Shown here: positions 27,711 to 36,610 of the stretch, piece by piece
How the letters are laid out: each line of letters opens with the position of its first letter
Numbering within the stretch: the stretch's first letter is position 1
NCBI GenBank assembly: GCA_049591495.1
Contig: JBAWFB010000040.1
Span: 3,752 to 67,751, forward strand
Length of the DNA stretch: 64,000 nucleotides
Origin: Solirubrobacteraceae bacterium
GTDB taxonomy: Bacteria; Actinomycetota; Thermoleophilia; Solirubrobacterales; Solirubrobacteraceae
Direction of reading: 5' to 3'
Position numbers and translations under genes: made by a program
Notes under the pieces: model-generated
The model's database searches: none
The model's input: only the letters and a program-made list of their open reading frames with translations
Told to the model about the DNA's origin: nothing

Positions 27711-27958
27711 GAGACCGACGTCTCGGCTCGGAGCTCCTCAAGAGCCTGCTCGATTGCCGAAATGCTTTCGAACACGCTGCGCTTGAGCATGCGGTCGGGG
27801 AACTCGACGTCGAAATGGTCCTCGAGTGCGAGCATCACGTTTACGCTGGCGTGAGAGGTCATACCTGCGTGATAGAGGTCAGCGTCGGGCGTGAGCGCAC
27901 TCACGTCGACGGATAGACGCCCGTGTTCGGCGACGATACGGCGGATATCTTCGGTCAT
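27707..27958 (-). CDS. Acyl/aminoacyl carrier protein
   Basis: The motif DLYHAGMTSHASVNVMLALEDHFDVEF places the phosphopantetheine Ser about 35 residues from the ATG at 27958. The ORF-track start at 27985 is a TTG. It overlaps the ACAD gene by 4 nt. Confidence 0.8.
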   Translation of the reverse strand: MTEDIRRIVAEHGRLSVDVSALTPDADLYHAGMTSHASVNVMLALEDHFDVEFPDRMLKRSVFESISAIEQALEELRAETSVS

Positions 27959-27995
27959 GAACTCATCATCGGAACTTCTTTGCAATGACTCAAGT

Positions 27996-28373
27996 CTAAC
28001 TTTGCGCGATCACGATCGCCGATGCATAATCCGCCTCATGGCAGATACTGAGCTCGAAGTCTGTCAGCTCCGCCTCAGCCGCCAAGGCCGCCGCGCGCCC
28101 GCTCAGCTCCAAGGTAACCCATCCAGCGCCGTGGCGCAGCACCTCGATGCAGGACCAGGGGATCGCCTCGTCCACCGGGCGCAGCACCTTGAGAGTGGCC
28201 TCCTTGGCCGCGAAGCGGGCTGCAACGCGCTCGGGTATGAGTCCCTGAGCGGTCTCGCAGTCGCGCAGCTCGCGTTCGGTGTAGATGCGCTTCAGGTAGC
28301 GAGCACCGTGATCGCGGATTGATTCACGCACCGCTTCTACCGATACCATGTCGATCCCTACACGCAGAGCCAT
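27996..28373 (-). CDS. acpS: Holo-[acyl-carrier-protein] synthase (4'-phosphopantetheinyl transferase, AcpS type)
   Basis: 125 aa with MALRVGIDMVSVEAV...RIYTERE...AARFAAKEATLKVL...ELSICHEADYASA. Confidence 0.85.
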   Translation of the reverse strand: MALRVGIDMVSVEAVRESIRDHGARYLKRIYTERELRDCETAQGLIPERVAARFAAKEATLKVLRPVDEAIPWSCIEVLRHGAGWVTLELSGRAAALAAEAELTDFELSICHEADYASAIVIAQS

Positions 28374-28509
28374 ATCGTCGGGATCCTCGCAGATCCGATC
28401 CCTGATTGGTGGCGTTCAGTGTTTGCGGAGATGCAAGCATTGGCCAGCAGCGATCTTGAGGAGATGAACCGTCGATGAACATAGGCGCACAGCGAGAAGG
28501 TTCTCTCCA

Positions 28510-29397
28510 ATGAGCTTTAGAGCCGGCGCCGCGAGCGCTCGGGCGTTCGCTCGCACGGCCGCCGTCGAGCCCGAAGCTCTGGCGATCCTAACCTGTGCTG
28601 TATCTGGTGGGGTAGTCACGGGTAACCCCAACCAGCCGGTCACCCGAGAGGACGTGATCAGAGAGGCAGTCGCTGCCGCGGAGGCTGGGGCCAGCGTCGT
28701 GCACATCCATGCACGTACGACGGCTGGCGGGATGACTCAGTCCCTCGAGGACTACCTCGCGATCAAGCAGGCAATCCGCGAGCAGGTTGCCGACATCGTT
28801 CTGAACTTCACCACAGGCGGGGAGCTGGAGGCTCCCGTCGAGGAGCGCCGGCTCTCGTTGATGGCGCAACCCGAGCTTGCGACGATTGTCTGTGGCAGCA
28901 TGAACTTCGGCCCAAGCGATGATCTGCTGTTGAATCCAAGGTCGCTGATCATCGAGCTGGCCAAGGAGATGGCCCAGCGCGAGATCGTGCCGGAGTATGA
29001 GTGCTTCGATCTCGGCATGACGATCGCCGCAGCCAAGCTTACGACCTCGGCGGGCGGGCCAAGCGGAATGATTCACATGATTCTCGGCGCGATGGGTGGT
29101 GCTCCGGCGAGTGCGGCGACGATCTCGCTTTTTGCCGGACTCCTGCCTGCGGGCGTTCCATGGACAGTGACGGCGATTGGCCGGCACTTCCCGATGATGG
29201 CGGTCACCCTTGCCCTTGGTGGCCATATCCGCACGGGTCTTGAGGACGTGCTCTACTGTGCGCCGGGCGAGTACGCAGAGTCCAATGCGCAGCTCGTCAA
29301 GCGTGCGAAGGCGATGTGCGAGAGCGTCGGTCGGCCCGTGGCGACACCTGCGCAGGCCCGCGAGATCCTCGGGATCGGCGTCGAGTTGGGAGCTTGA
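28510..29397 (+). CDS. BKACE family enzyme (3-keto-5-aminohexanoate cleavage enzyme-like, DUF849)
   Basis: Motifs are ILTCAVSGGVVTGNPNQPVTREDVIREAVAAAEAGASVVHIHAR and LNFTTGG. The exact start is uncertain. Confidence 0.8.
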   Translation: MSFRAGAASARAFARTAAVEPEALAILTCAVSGGVVTGNPNQPVTREDVIREAVAAAEAGASVVHIHARTTAGGMTQSLEDYLAIKQAIREQVADIVLNFTTGGELEAPVEERRLSLMAQPELATIVCGSMNFGPSDDLLLNPRSLIIELAKEMAQREIVPEYECFDLGMTIAAAKLTTSAGGPSGMIHMILGAMGGAPASAATISLFAGLLPAGVPWTVTAIGRHFPMMAVTLALGGHIRTGLEDVLYCAPGEYAESNAQLVKRAKAMCESVGRPVATPAQAREILGIGVELGA

Positions 29398-29459
29398 TCG
29401 CGGCTGGCGGTTATGGCCTATGGCTCGGGACAGGCTACGTGCACCGGTAGGCCAAAGAC

Positions 29460-30215
29460 GTGTGGGATACTTTCCAGGTGACACCCAAGAACGCTTTGCG
29501 GGCGATTGATCGCCACCTGCCGTGGGGCCAGCTGTATCGGGGCGACGCAAAGGCTTGCCCGTGTTGTGAAGGGCGCTTCCGCGCGATGCGCAGGTTTCAT
29601 GGCCGCCCAGACGCGCGCTGCCCGGGTTGCGGTGCGCTCGAGCGGCACCGTTCGCTCTGGCTGTTCCTTCGCGACGAGTTCGGCATCGAGCGATTGCGCG
29701 GCCGTATGCTTCACGTCGCACCGGAGGTGATATTCGAGCGTAAGTTCGCAGCGCTCCCCAATCTCGAATATATACGCGGCGATCTCGCTCCGCAGCGACC
29801 CGGTATCCGGCGACTCGATGTCACCTCGATCGATTTTCCCGATGACACATTTGACATCATCGTGATCAACCATGTGCTTGAGCACGTTCCCGACGACCGG
29901 GCTGCGATCGCGGAGTTGCGCCGGACACTTCGTCCCACAGGCGTTGTGATCATGCAGCACCCGCGCGATGAGGCGTTGGCGGAGACCTATGAAGACAGCT
30001 CGATTGTCACTAAGGCCGACCGGCGGCAGCATTTTGGCCAGGTCGATCATGTGCGCCTCTACGGGCGCGACTTCTTTGACAGGCTTCGCGCGGGCGGGTT
30101 CGACGTCGAGACACATCGTTATGCCGATGAGGTCTCCCCCCAGGATCGCGATCTTTTCGCGTTGGCTCCGCTCGGCTCGGCGGACCCGGGAAACGACATT
30201 CACCTGCTCAGCTAG
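29460..30215 (+). CDS. Class I SAM-dependent methyltransferase with N-terminal Cys4 zinc-ribbon
   Basis: The zinc ribbon is CPCCEGRF...CPGCGALERHR. MLHVAPE and DIIVINHVLEHVPDD follow. GTG start. Confidence 0.75.
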   Translation: MWDTFQVTPKNALRAIDRHLPWGQLYRGDAKACPCCEGRFRAMRRFHGRPDARCPGCGALERHRSLWLFLRDEFGIERLRGRMLHVAPEVIFERKFAALPNLEYIRGDLAPQRPGIRRLDVTSIDFPDDTFDIIVINHVLEHVPDDRAAIAELRRTLRPTGVVIMQHPRDEALAETYEDSSIVTKADRRQHFGQVDHVRLYGRDFFDRLRAGGFDVETHRYADEVSPQDRDLFALAPLGSADPGNDIHLLS

Positions 30216-31501
30216 CGAGCGCCGGCCACAAACCGGTAGACCGACTCGACGTCATCGGCCATCCGCTGGACGGAGAAGTGGTCCAGGACACGCTGACGGG
30301 CGTACTCACCCATCTGCCGCCGTCGCTCGGGATCCTCGATGAGGGTCAGCAAGTTCGTTGCCAACTGCTCGGCGTCGTCCGGCGCTCCGAGCAGCCCGGC
30401 TTTCTCGTCCTCCACGACTTCGGGCGTGCCTCCAGCCCGCACTGAGACGACCGGGTTACCCATAGCCATGGCCTCGAAGAAAGCCAACGCGCACGGCTCC
30501 CTCACCGACGGGAGTGTGAAGATGTCGGCGGCTGCGAGTATCTCGCGCACGTCGCTGCGCCGCCCGGTAAAGATCACCTGCTGCTCCAGACCGGCGGCGG
30601 CCACCTGTCGCTGGAGTCTCTCGGTGTAGCTCTCGCCGTCAGGGTGACTCGCGGTCTCGTTTCCGACCAGCATAAGACGAGCGGTGGGATGTCGCTCTAG
30701 TACGCGGGGCATCGCCTCGATCACGAGGTGCTGGCGCTTCCAGTCGACCAGTTGGGCTACCTGCACAATGAGCGGGTCCTGCGGTTCGAGGCCGAACTCG
30801 CGACGGATCGCGGTCCCGTCGATACCAGTCGGGTCCCATTTGGAGAGCTCGATGCCGTTGAGCACCGGGAAGATCCGTTGCGCCGGGACGCCGTCATCGC
30901 GGATCTCGCGCCCGACCCAGCCCGACACCGGGATGATCGCGTCGGCGCGATGGATGGCCAGGCGCGACGTACGCGACATCCAGTTGCCGTAGCCGAGATG
31001 GAAGTGCACCACGCACTTGGCGGGCGTGACCCGAGAAAGCAAATAAGCGTAGAAAGCGTTGCGCGTGCCCTCCTCGCAGTGGATAACGTCGATCCGTTCG
31101 CGGGTGATGAACCGGATCAGACTCCCCGTGTCTAGCAGCGCTGGTGCCGCGGCCCGTGTCGTTCGCGCGAGTAGCAGCGGCTTGGGAACCCCGCCCACCG
31201 GCCCGAACTCCAGCGGTCGCAGTCTCACTCCCGGTATTCCCGATAGGACCGCGAAGGAGGAGCGTCCCGAGGCGTCGTATGGGGGTCCGGCAGCCATCCT
31301 CGGGTAGACCGCGTGTACCTCGACCCGCTCGCGGTCGAGGTACCGCATGAGATTGGCGTGCACCGTGATCGTGGGGGTGACCATTGGGTGCGACACGATG
31401 AACAGAACTTTGATCCGGCGGCGCATCGCCTCGGCCGAGAAGCGGCTGTCCGGGTCGGGCCCTTCCATCGGGCGGGGGAGGGACAGGTATTGCGCTGTCA
31501 C
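30212..31501 (-). CDS. Glycosyltransferase family 4
   Basis: It carries the motif PSVREPCALAFFEAMAMGNPVVSVRAGGTPEVV. Confidence 0.85.
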   Translation of the reverse strand: MTAQYLSLPRPMEGPDPDSRFSAEAMRRRIKVLFIVSHPMVTPTITVHANLMRYLDRERVEVHAVYPRMAAGPPYDASGRSSFAVLSGIPGVRLRPLEFGPVGGVPKPLLLARTTRAAAPALLDTGSLIRFITRERIDVIHCEEGTRNAFYAYLLSRVTPAKCVVHFHLGYGNWMSRTSRLAIHRADAIIPVSGWVGREIRDDGVPAQRIFPVLNGIELSKWDPTGIDGTAIRREFGLEPQDPLIVQVAQLVDWKRQHLVIEAMPRVLERHPTARLMLVGNETASHPDGESYTERLQRQVAAAGLEQQVIFTGRRSDVREILAAADIFTLPSVREPCALAFFEAMAMGNPVVSVRAGGTPEVVEDEKAGLLGAPDDAEQLATNLLTLIEDPERRRQMGEYARQRVLDHFSVQRMADDVESVYRFVAGAR

Positions 31502-31570
31502 GGTGGGCGCGAGACTACTACACGCAGTGTGGCGAACCGAGCGGCAATTGCTTGGAGGGGATTGCCTCCT

Positions 31571-33091
31571 TCACCCCACGGTCCCCGGTCCCCCGGGCGC
31601 TGTGGCCGCCGCCGCGTTGAGCAGGCCGGCGCCGTAGTCCGCCTGGTCCTGCGGGTCGCCGAGCTTGCGCGCCGTGGCCTTCAGCCGCGCGATGAGCTGC
31701 GCGGGCGTCGGTTTGGGCCCGAGGATGTGCGCAGCGATGATCAACGCGGCGGTGGCCGCCACGTGCGGAGTGGCCATCGAGGTGCCTTCGTAACCGTTGG
31801 GGAACCCGAACACGCGCGGCGAGGGGCCGGTGAACGTCATCTGGAACACGTCGCGTCCCGAAGGGAGTTCGGGCTTGCAGTTTGGATCTCCGGGGAGGCT
31901 CGCGTCGGGTCCCCCTCCGGGTGCAACCAGCGTGATGCCGCGACCGTAGTTGGAGTAGCTGGCAAGGCATCCGTGTTCGGTGGTGGCGCCCACCGCGACC
32001 ACGTGCGGGCCGCGCGCTGGGTAGGGGATCGTGGTGCTGCCCTCGTTGCCGGCGGCGGCCACTACCAGCACGTTGTGACGGTAGGCGTAGCGCAGCGCTT
32101 CGATCAGCTCTGGGATGTCGGATGCGCTCACGTCGCTTGAGAACTCGAGGCTCATGTTGATCACGCGCGCGCCGTGCTTCACGGCGAAGCGCACCCCTTC
32201 GGCTATCACCGACGCTTCGCCTTCGCCGGCGGCGTCGAGCACGCGCACCGGCATGATGCGCGCCGCATAGGCGAGGCCTGTCAGGCCGTAGTGATTGTTG
32301 GTCGCCTCGGCGATGGTTCCCGCGACGAACGTGCCGTGCCCATTGTGGTCGTTGGGGTAGGGGGTGCGGTCGATGAAGTCGTATCCCTTCACAAACGCGT
32401 ACTTGCTGAAGTCGGGCGAGCGGCGGTACTTGCCGCGGTTGGCGTAGGCCACGCCGGTGTCGAGCACTGCCACAATCACCCGTGAGCCTCCGGGCGCGCC
32501 GTCGGCGGCCACATTGGCCCACGCTTCCGGTGCGCCCACGCCGAATTCTCCGTCGAAGTTCCACTGCACCTGCTGCCAGCCCCCGGCGGGATCCCTCATG
32601 CTCGTGCCGGGATCGTTGGGGATGAACGTTCCGGCGGTGTGCGCGACATAGTCGGGTACCGCCCACACCACATTCTTTCTGCTGCGTAGTTTCGCGAGTG
32701 TCGCGCTCAGGCTGGCGCCTGGGCGCACGCGCACGACAGTGGACTCTTCTGAAGCTTCACTCGCGCCAGTCCCGGACGTTCGCGATGCGCGAGCGGTCGA
32801 CGAGCCTGGCGCTGCATACTTGACGACTATCTGCTGCGGCTGAGATTCGCGGGTCGCGGCCCCCGTGGGTTCCAGGCCAGCGCCGGGTGCTGCGCTGATC
32901 TGAGCTGTGGCTTGCGCTCCTATCGCCCGTTCCGGCGAGGACGCGGCTGTGAGCCCGAAGATGGCCGCGGCGGCGAGCGCCACGATGCACGTAGCAAGCA
33001 GCAACAACCGCCGGCCGGGCGGGCGTGGATATTGGGGTTGGGCGGTCGGCGGCAAGTGGGCTCCTCGGTAATCATGATGTGTTGAGGGCAT
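31571..33091 (-). CDS. Secreted subtilisin-like serine protease (peptidase S8)
   Basis: Catalytic triad motifs are AVLDTGV (Asp), HNGHGTFVAGTIA (His) and GTSMATPHVAA (Ser). An N-terminal TM/signal LLLLATCIVALAAAAIF is present. The ATG at 33091 is preferred, because the 647-aa ORF-track version runs antisense through tadA. Confidence 0.9.
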   Translation of the reverse strand: MPSTHHDYRGAHLPPTAQPQYPRPPGRRLLLLATCIVALAAAAIFGLTAASSPERAIGAQATAQISAAPGAGLEPTGAATRESQPQQIVVKYAAPGSSTARASRTSGTGASEASEESTVVRVRPGASLSATLAKLRSRKNVVWAVPDYVAHTAGTFIPNDPGTSMRDPAGGWQQVQWNFDGEFGVGAPEAWANVAADGAPGGSRVIVAVLDTGVAYANRGKYRRSPDFSKYAFVKGYDFIDRTPYPNDHNGHGTFVAGTIAEATNNHYGLTGLAYAARIMPVRVLDAAGEGEASVIAEGVRFAVKHGARVINMSLEFSSDVSASDIPELIEALRYAYRHNVLVVAAAGNEGSTTIPYPARGPHVVAVGATTEHGCLASYSNYGRGITLVAPGGGPDASLPGDPNCKPELPSGRDVFQMTFTGPSPRVFGFPNGYEGTSMATPHVAATAALIIAAHILGPKPTPAQLIARLKATARKLGDPQDQADYGAGLLNAAAATAPGGPGTVG

Positions 33092-33131
33092 CGGAGGTTG
33101 CGCTCCTGTCCCCCAAACCACGAGAGACACG

Positions 33132-33596
33132 ATGAGCGAACGCTTTTTTCCGCGCGACGAGTACTTCATGCGCCTCGCCCTGCGAGAGGCGCAGCGAGCC
33201 GTGGAACACGAGGATGTGCCGATCGGAGCGGTGGTGGCTCGCGCTGGCGAGCTGATCGCTGCGGGCCACAACGAGCGCGAGCTGCGCCAAGACCCCACCG
33301 CCCACGCTGAGATCATCGCGCTGCGCGAGGCCGCCCGCGTACTCGGCAGTTGGCGTGTGCTCGACGCTGTGTTGTACGTGACGCTCGAGCCCTGCGCGAT
33401 GTGTGCCGGTGCGATCGTGCTCGCCCGCGTGCCACGCGTCGTGTTTGGCGCGAGCGACCCCAAGGCGGGGGCGTGCGGGAGCGTGCTCGATGTGCTCTCA
33501 GAGCCGCACCTCAATCACCGTCCGGAAGTAGCCCCGGGTCTGCTCGCGGGTGAGTGTGGGGCGCTACTGAGCGAGTTCTTCGCCTCACGGCGTTGA
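33132..33596 (+). CDS. tadA: tRNA adenosine(34) deaminase
   Basis: It has the CDA zinc motifs HAEIIALREA and TLEPCAMCAGAI and is 154 aa long. Confidence 0.9.
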   Translation: MSERFFPRDEYFMRLALREAQRAVEHEDVPIGAVVARAGELIAAGHNERELRQDPTAHAEIIALREAARVLGSWRVLDAVLYVTLEPCAMCAGAIVLARVPRVVFGASDPKAGACGSVLDVLSEPHLNHRPEVAPGLLAGECGALLSEFFASRR

Positions 33597-33620
33597 GCTG
33601 CGGCTGACATTTGTTCGGTA

Positions 33621-33710
33621 CGGAGGGGGAGAGATTCGAACTCTCGGTACGCCAATAAGACGCACAACGGTTTTCGAGACCGCCGCATTCAACCGCTCTG
33701 CCACCCCTCC
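33621..33710 (-). tRNA. tRNA-Ser (anticodon CGA)
   Basis: The reverse complement folds as a cloverleaf. The acceptor stem is GGAGGGG/CCCCTCC with discriminator G, and the D stem is 3 bp (GCA/TGC). The anticodon stem is GCGGT/ACCGT with loop CTCGAAA. A long variable arm and T arm GAGAG-TTCGAAT-CTCTC are present. It is 90 nt with no encoded CCA. Confidence 0.9.
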
Positions 33711-33856
33711 TGGATGACGGCTTAAGGCTAGTGGATCACGAGCCGTACAGTGGTGCGGCGATCTCTTGCTCGAGGATGGCGCCCTAGGACGTGGTCTTCC
33801 TCCCGAGCGTGGGCGTCCAGCGGTTTTGTTGGCCCTGGAGTGGACGCGCTTCCTCG

Positions 33857-36583
33857 CTATTCGATCGTGATCGTGAACGATCCGCTGAGCGGGTGGTGTG
33901 CTCCGTCGCTGCCTGTGACCTGGAATCTCCAGGTTCCTTTTGTCAGGCGGACTTCGCCGATGGAGTGCGCTGGCCCGGCGGCGAAGAAGCGTGGTGTGGC
34001 GGTTGCCCCTGTTTCGGAGAAGCCCTTCATAGCGAGCGCGTGTAGCGCTGGTTGGATGCTTGATGTGCCCTCCAGGTAGGTGTGGAGATCGACGGTTCCG
34101 GCCTCCAGTGGCAGGGCTGTGATGTAGAGGCTCTCGCCTGCCGGCTCGCTTATGACCCTGTTGGCTGTTGGCGGGCCGACGAACGTGTTGGGGTCGGCGA
34201 GCACGAGGCCACCGAGCAGCAGTGCCGGGGCGATTGCCGCGATGGCGATACTCGCGAGCTGTTCGCGATGGGAACGGAAGGGGGTCTGGCGGCCTGGTGC
34301 TCCGAAGCGGCGCAGGCGCAGACTGTTGACGACAACGCAGACGCTTGATATGCCCATCGAAACGCCAGCGAGCGTGGGGCTCAGAAGGCCTGTGATCGCG
34401 AGTGGCAGTGCGATCAGGTTGTAGCCAAAAGCCCAGCCGAGGTTCTGCAGGATGATGTTGTACGTCTCGCGCGCGAGACGCAGCGAGCGCGCGACGCCCC
34501 GCAGATCGCCTGAGAGGACGCTGATATCGGCGGCCTCGATCGCAGCGCCGACGCCTGTTCCCATCGCGATCCCGAGGTCGGCCTGGGCAAGCGCTGCAGC
34601 GTCGTTGACTCCGTCTCCGACCATTGCGACCCGCTGTCCAGCCTCTTGCAACCGCGCCACCTCCTGGACCTTTCCGGCAGGGCTGACGTCCGAGAGCACG
34701 CGGGTGATCCCTACCTGTGAGGCAACAGCGGCCGCCGCGCGTGCGTTATCGCCGGTGAGCAGCGCGACGTCGATGCCCATGCGCTGCAAGCCGCTAACAG
34801 CGTCCTTTGACTCTGGCTTGATCGTGTCGGCGACCGCGACCGCTCCGAGAACATGCTCTGCGCGCTTGACGACGATCACGGTCCTGCCTTGCTGCTCCCA
34901 CTCGTCGAACACGGGCAGCCGATCACCATTGTGCTCGGGTCGCCCAACCCACACTGGCTGTCCGTGGACGGTCGCCTGCACGCCCCATCCGGAAAGCGAG
35001 CGGAACGCACTCACCGGCATGAGCTCAAGGCCTCGCTCGCGCGCGGCCTTGACGATCGCAAGTGCCAGCGGGTGCGCGGAGCTCGACTCGGTCGAGGCGG
35101 CGAGCGCGAGCAACTCATCCTCGCCGATACCCGGCACGCTCCATAGTCCCGCGACGGACATATCGCCGGTTGTGATCGTCCCCGTCTTGTCGAGCACGAT
35201 CGTGTCGATGTGGCTGCTGTGCTCAAGGATCTCAGCCCCCTTGATGAGCAGCCCGAGCGTTGCGCCGCGTCCGCTGCTGACAAGGACTGCAACGGGGGTC
35301 GCGAGCCCAAGCGCGCACGGGCACGCGACGATCAATACCGCTACCCCCGCGAGGAATCCGCGCTCTGATTCCCCGGCGAGTATCCATGCGCCTGCGGTCA
35401 GCACTGCGAGGGCCAGCACCGCTGGGACGAACACGCCCGCGATCCGATCGGCAAGCCGCTGAATCTGAGGCTTGGAGGTCTGCGCGCGCTCAACCAGCGC
35501 GACAAGGTGCGCGAGCGCGGTATCCGCGCCGACGGCCGTTGCACGCGCACGAAACGCGCCATCGAGGTTGAGAGTCGCGCCGATGACCAGCGAGCCGGGG
35601 TGCTTCTCCACCGGAAGCGACTCGCCCGTGAGCATCGACTCATCCACCGTCGAGTTCCCCGCGAGCACGATTGCGTCGACCGGAATCTTGTCGCCGGGAC
35701 GCACCTGAAACACATCGCCGCGCCTAACGTCCTCCACCGCCACGAGCCGCTCCGGGGCGGCCGGGTCTTCCTCGTCGACGAGCCGCGCCTGAGAGGCGCC
35801 CAGCATCGCCAGCTCCCGCACGGCACGGCCCGCCTTGCCCTTTGCGCTGGCCTCACACCAGCGGCCGATCAGCAGGAACGTGACGATCATCGCGGCCATG
35901 TCGTAATGCAGATGACCGCTCATGAACTCGCCACCAGGCCCACCGTGATCGTGCAGGTTCGTCGCGGTAAACAGCTCCACAGTCGAGTACACGTACGCTG
36001 AGAGCGTGCCGAGCGCGATCAGGGTGTCCATGTTCGTAGTGCGTGCCCGCGCACGCACGAGCGCTCCGCGCAGGAACGGCAGCCCGCACCAGAACTGCAC
36101 CGGCACCGCCAGGACAGCCACGATCCAGCGCGCCGTCTCGTTGTGCGGCAGGGTGTAGGTCAGCGCGACGATGGCCGTTGTCAGGGGCACGGCCAGCGCG
36201 ATCCGGTGCGACCAACCCCGACGCTCGCGCGCCTCTGCCGCTTCCAGCTCCTCGGCAGCCTGTCCCGGAGTCAGTCTGGCTAGGTCTACTGGCGTCGCGC
36301 CGTAGCCGAGCTTCTCGACGACCTCGACGAGTCGCTCCGGGGCTATCGCTCCCGCCGCGATCTCGACGGTGGCGCGACCGTTTGCGAGGTTGACCACCGC
36401 GTCCAGCACGCCCGGCTCGCGACCGAGGGCACCCTGCACCCGCGACGAGCACGACCCACACGTCATTCCAGTGACGTCCAGCTCACAGGTGTCGTGCCCG
36501 TCTTGACCAGCCGTGCCAGCGGCACCCGCCTGCTCGTCGGTGACCCGCATGACTGTCATCGCAGGCCCTTTCGGTGAGAACAC
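33857..36583 (-). CDS. copA: Cu(I)-translocating P1B-1-type ATPase with extra C-terminal TM helix and about 110-aa extracytoplasmic domain
   Basis: HMA domain [13 protein letters not shown]6 has the CPC motif ([13 protein letters not shown]). DKTGTIT and [10 protein letters not shown] are present. TM7 is N-x6-YN-x4-P ([14 protein letters not shown]) and TM8 is M-x2-SS-x5-N ([11 protein letters not shown]). The C-terminal extension begins after LRLRRF. Confidence 0.9.
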   Translation of the reverse strand: MFSPKGPAMTVMRVTDEQAGAAGTAGQDGHDTCELDVTGMTCGSCSSRVQGALGREPGVLDAVVNLANGRATVEIAAGAIAPERLVEVVEKLGYGATPVDLARLTPGQAAEELEAAEARERRGWSHRIALAVPLTTAIVALTYTLPHNETARWIVAVLAVPVQFWCGLPFLRGALVRARARTTNMDTLIALGTLSAYVYSTVELFTATNLHDHGGPGGEFMSGHLHYDMAAMIVTFLLIGRWCEASAKGKAGRAVRELAMLGASQARLVDEEDPAAPERLVAVEDVRRGDVFQVRPGDKIPVDAIVLAGNSTVDESMLTGESLPVEKHPGSLVIGATLNLDGAFRARATAVGADTALAHLVALVERAQTSKPQIQRLADRIAGVFVPAVLALAVLTAGAWILAGESERGFLAGVAVLIVACPCALGLATPVAVLVSSGRGATLGLLIKGAEILEHSSHIDTIVLDKTGTITTGDMSVAGLWSVPGIGEDELLALAASTESSSAHPLALAIVKAARERGLELMPVSAFRSLSGWGVQATVHGQPVWVGRPEHNGDRLPVFDEWEQQGRTVIVVKRAEHVLGAVAVADTIKPESKDAVSGLQRMGIDVALLTGDNARAAAAVASQVGITRVLSDVSPAGKVQEVARLQEAGQRVAMVGDGVNDAAALAQADLGIAMGTGVGAAIEAADISVLSGDLRGVARSLRLARETYNIILQNLGWAFGYNLIALPLAITGLLSPTLAGVSMGISSVCVVVNSLRLRRFGAPGRQTPFRSHREQLASIAIAAIAPALLLGGLVLADPNTFVGPPTANRVISEPAGESLYITALPLEAGTVDLHTYLEGTSSIQPALHALAMKGFSETGATATPRFFAAGPAHSIGEVRLTKGTWRFQVTGSDGAHHPLSGSFTITIE

Positions 36584-36610
36584 AGCATCGGATAACTCGT
36601 TCTCACAGGC

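Noticed and set aside
33092-33514. The N-terminal 141 aa of ORF 31571..33514, which would extend the S8 protease.
   Set aside because: This part overlaps tadA on the opposite strand and looks non-coding. The ATG at 33091 gives a normal signal/anchor followed by the S8 domain.
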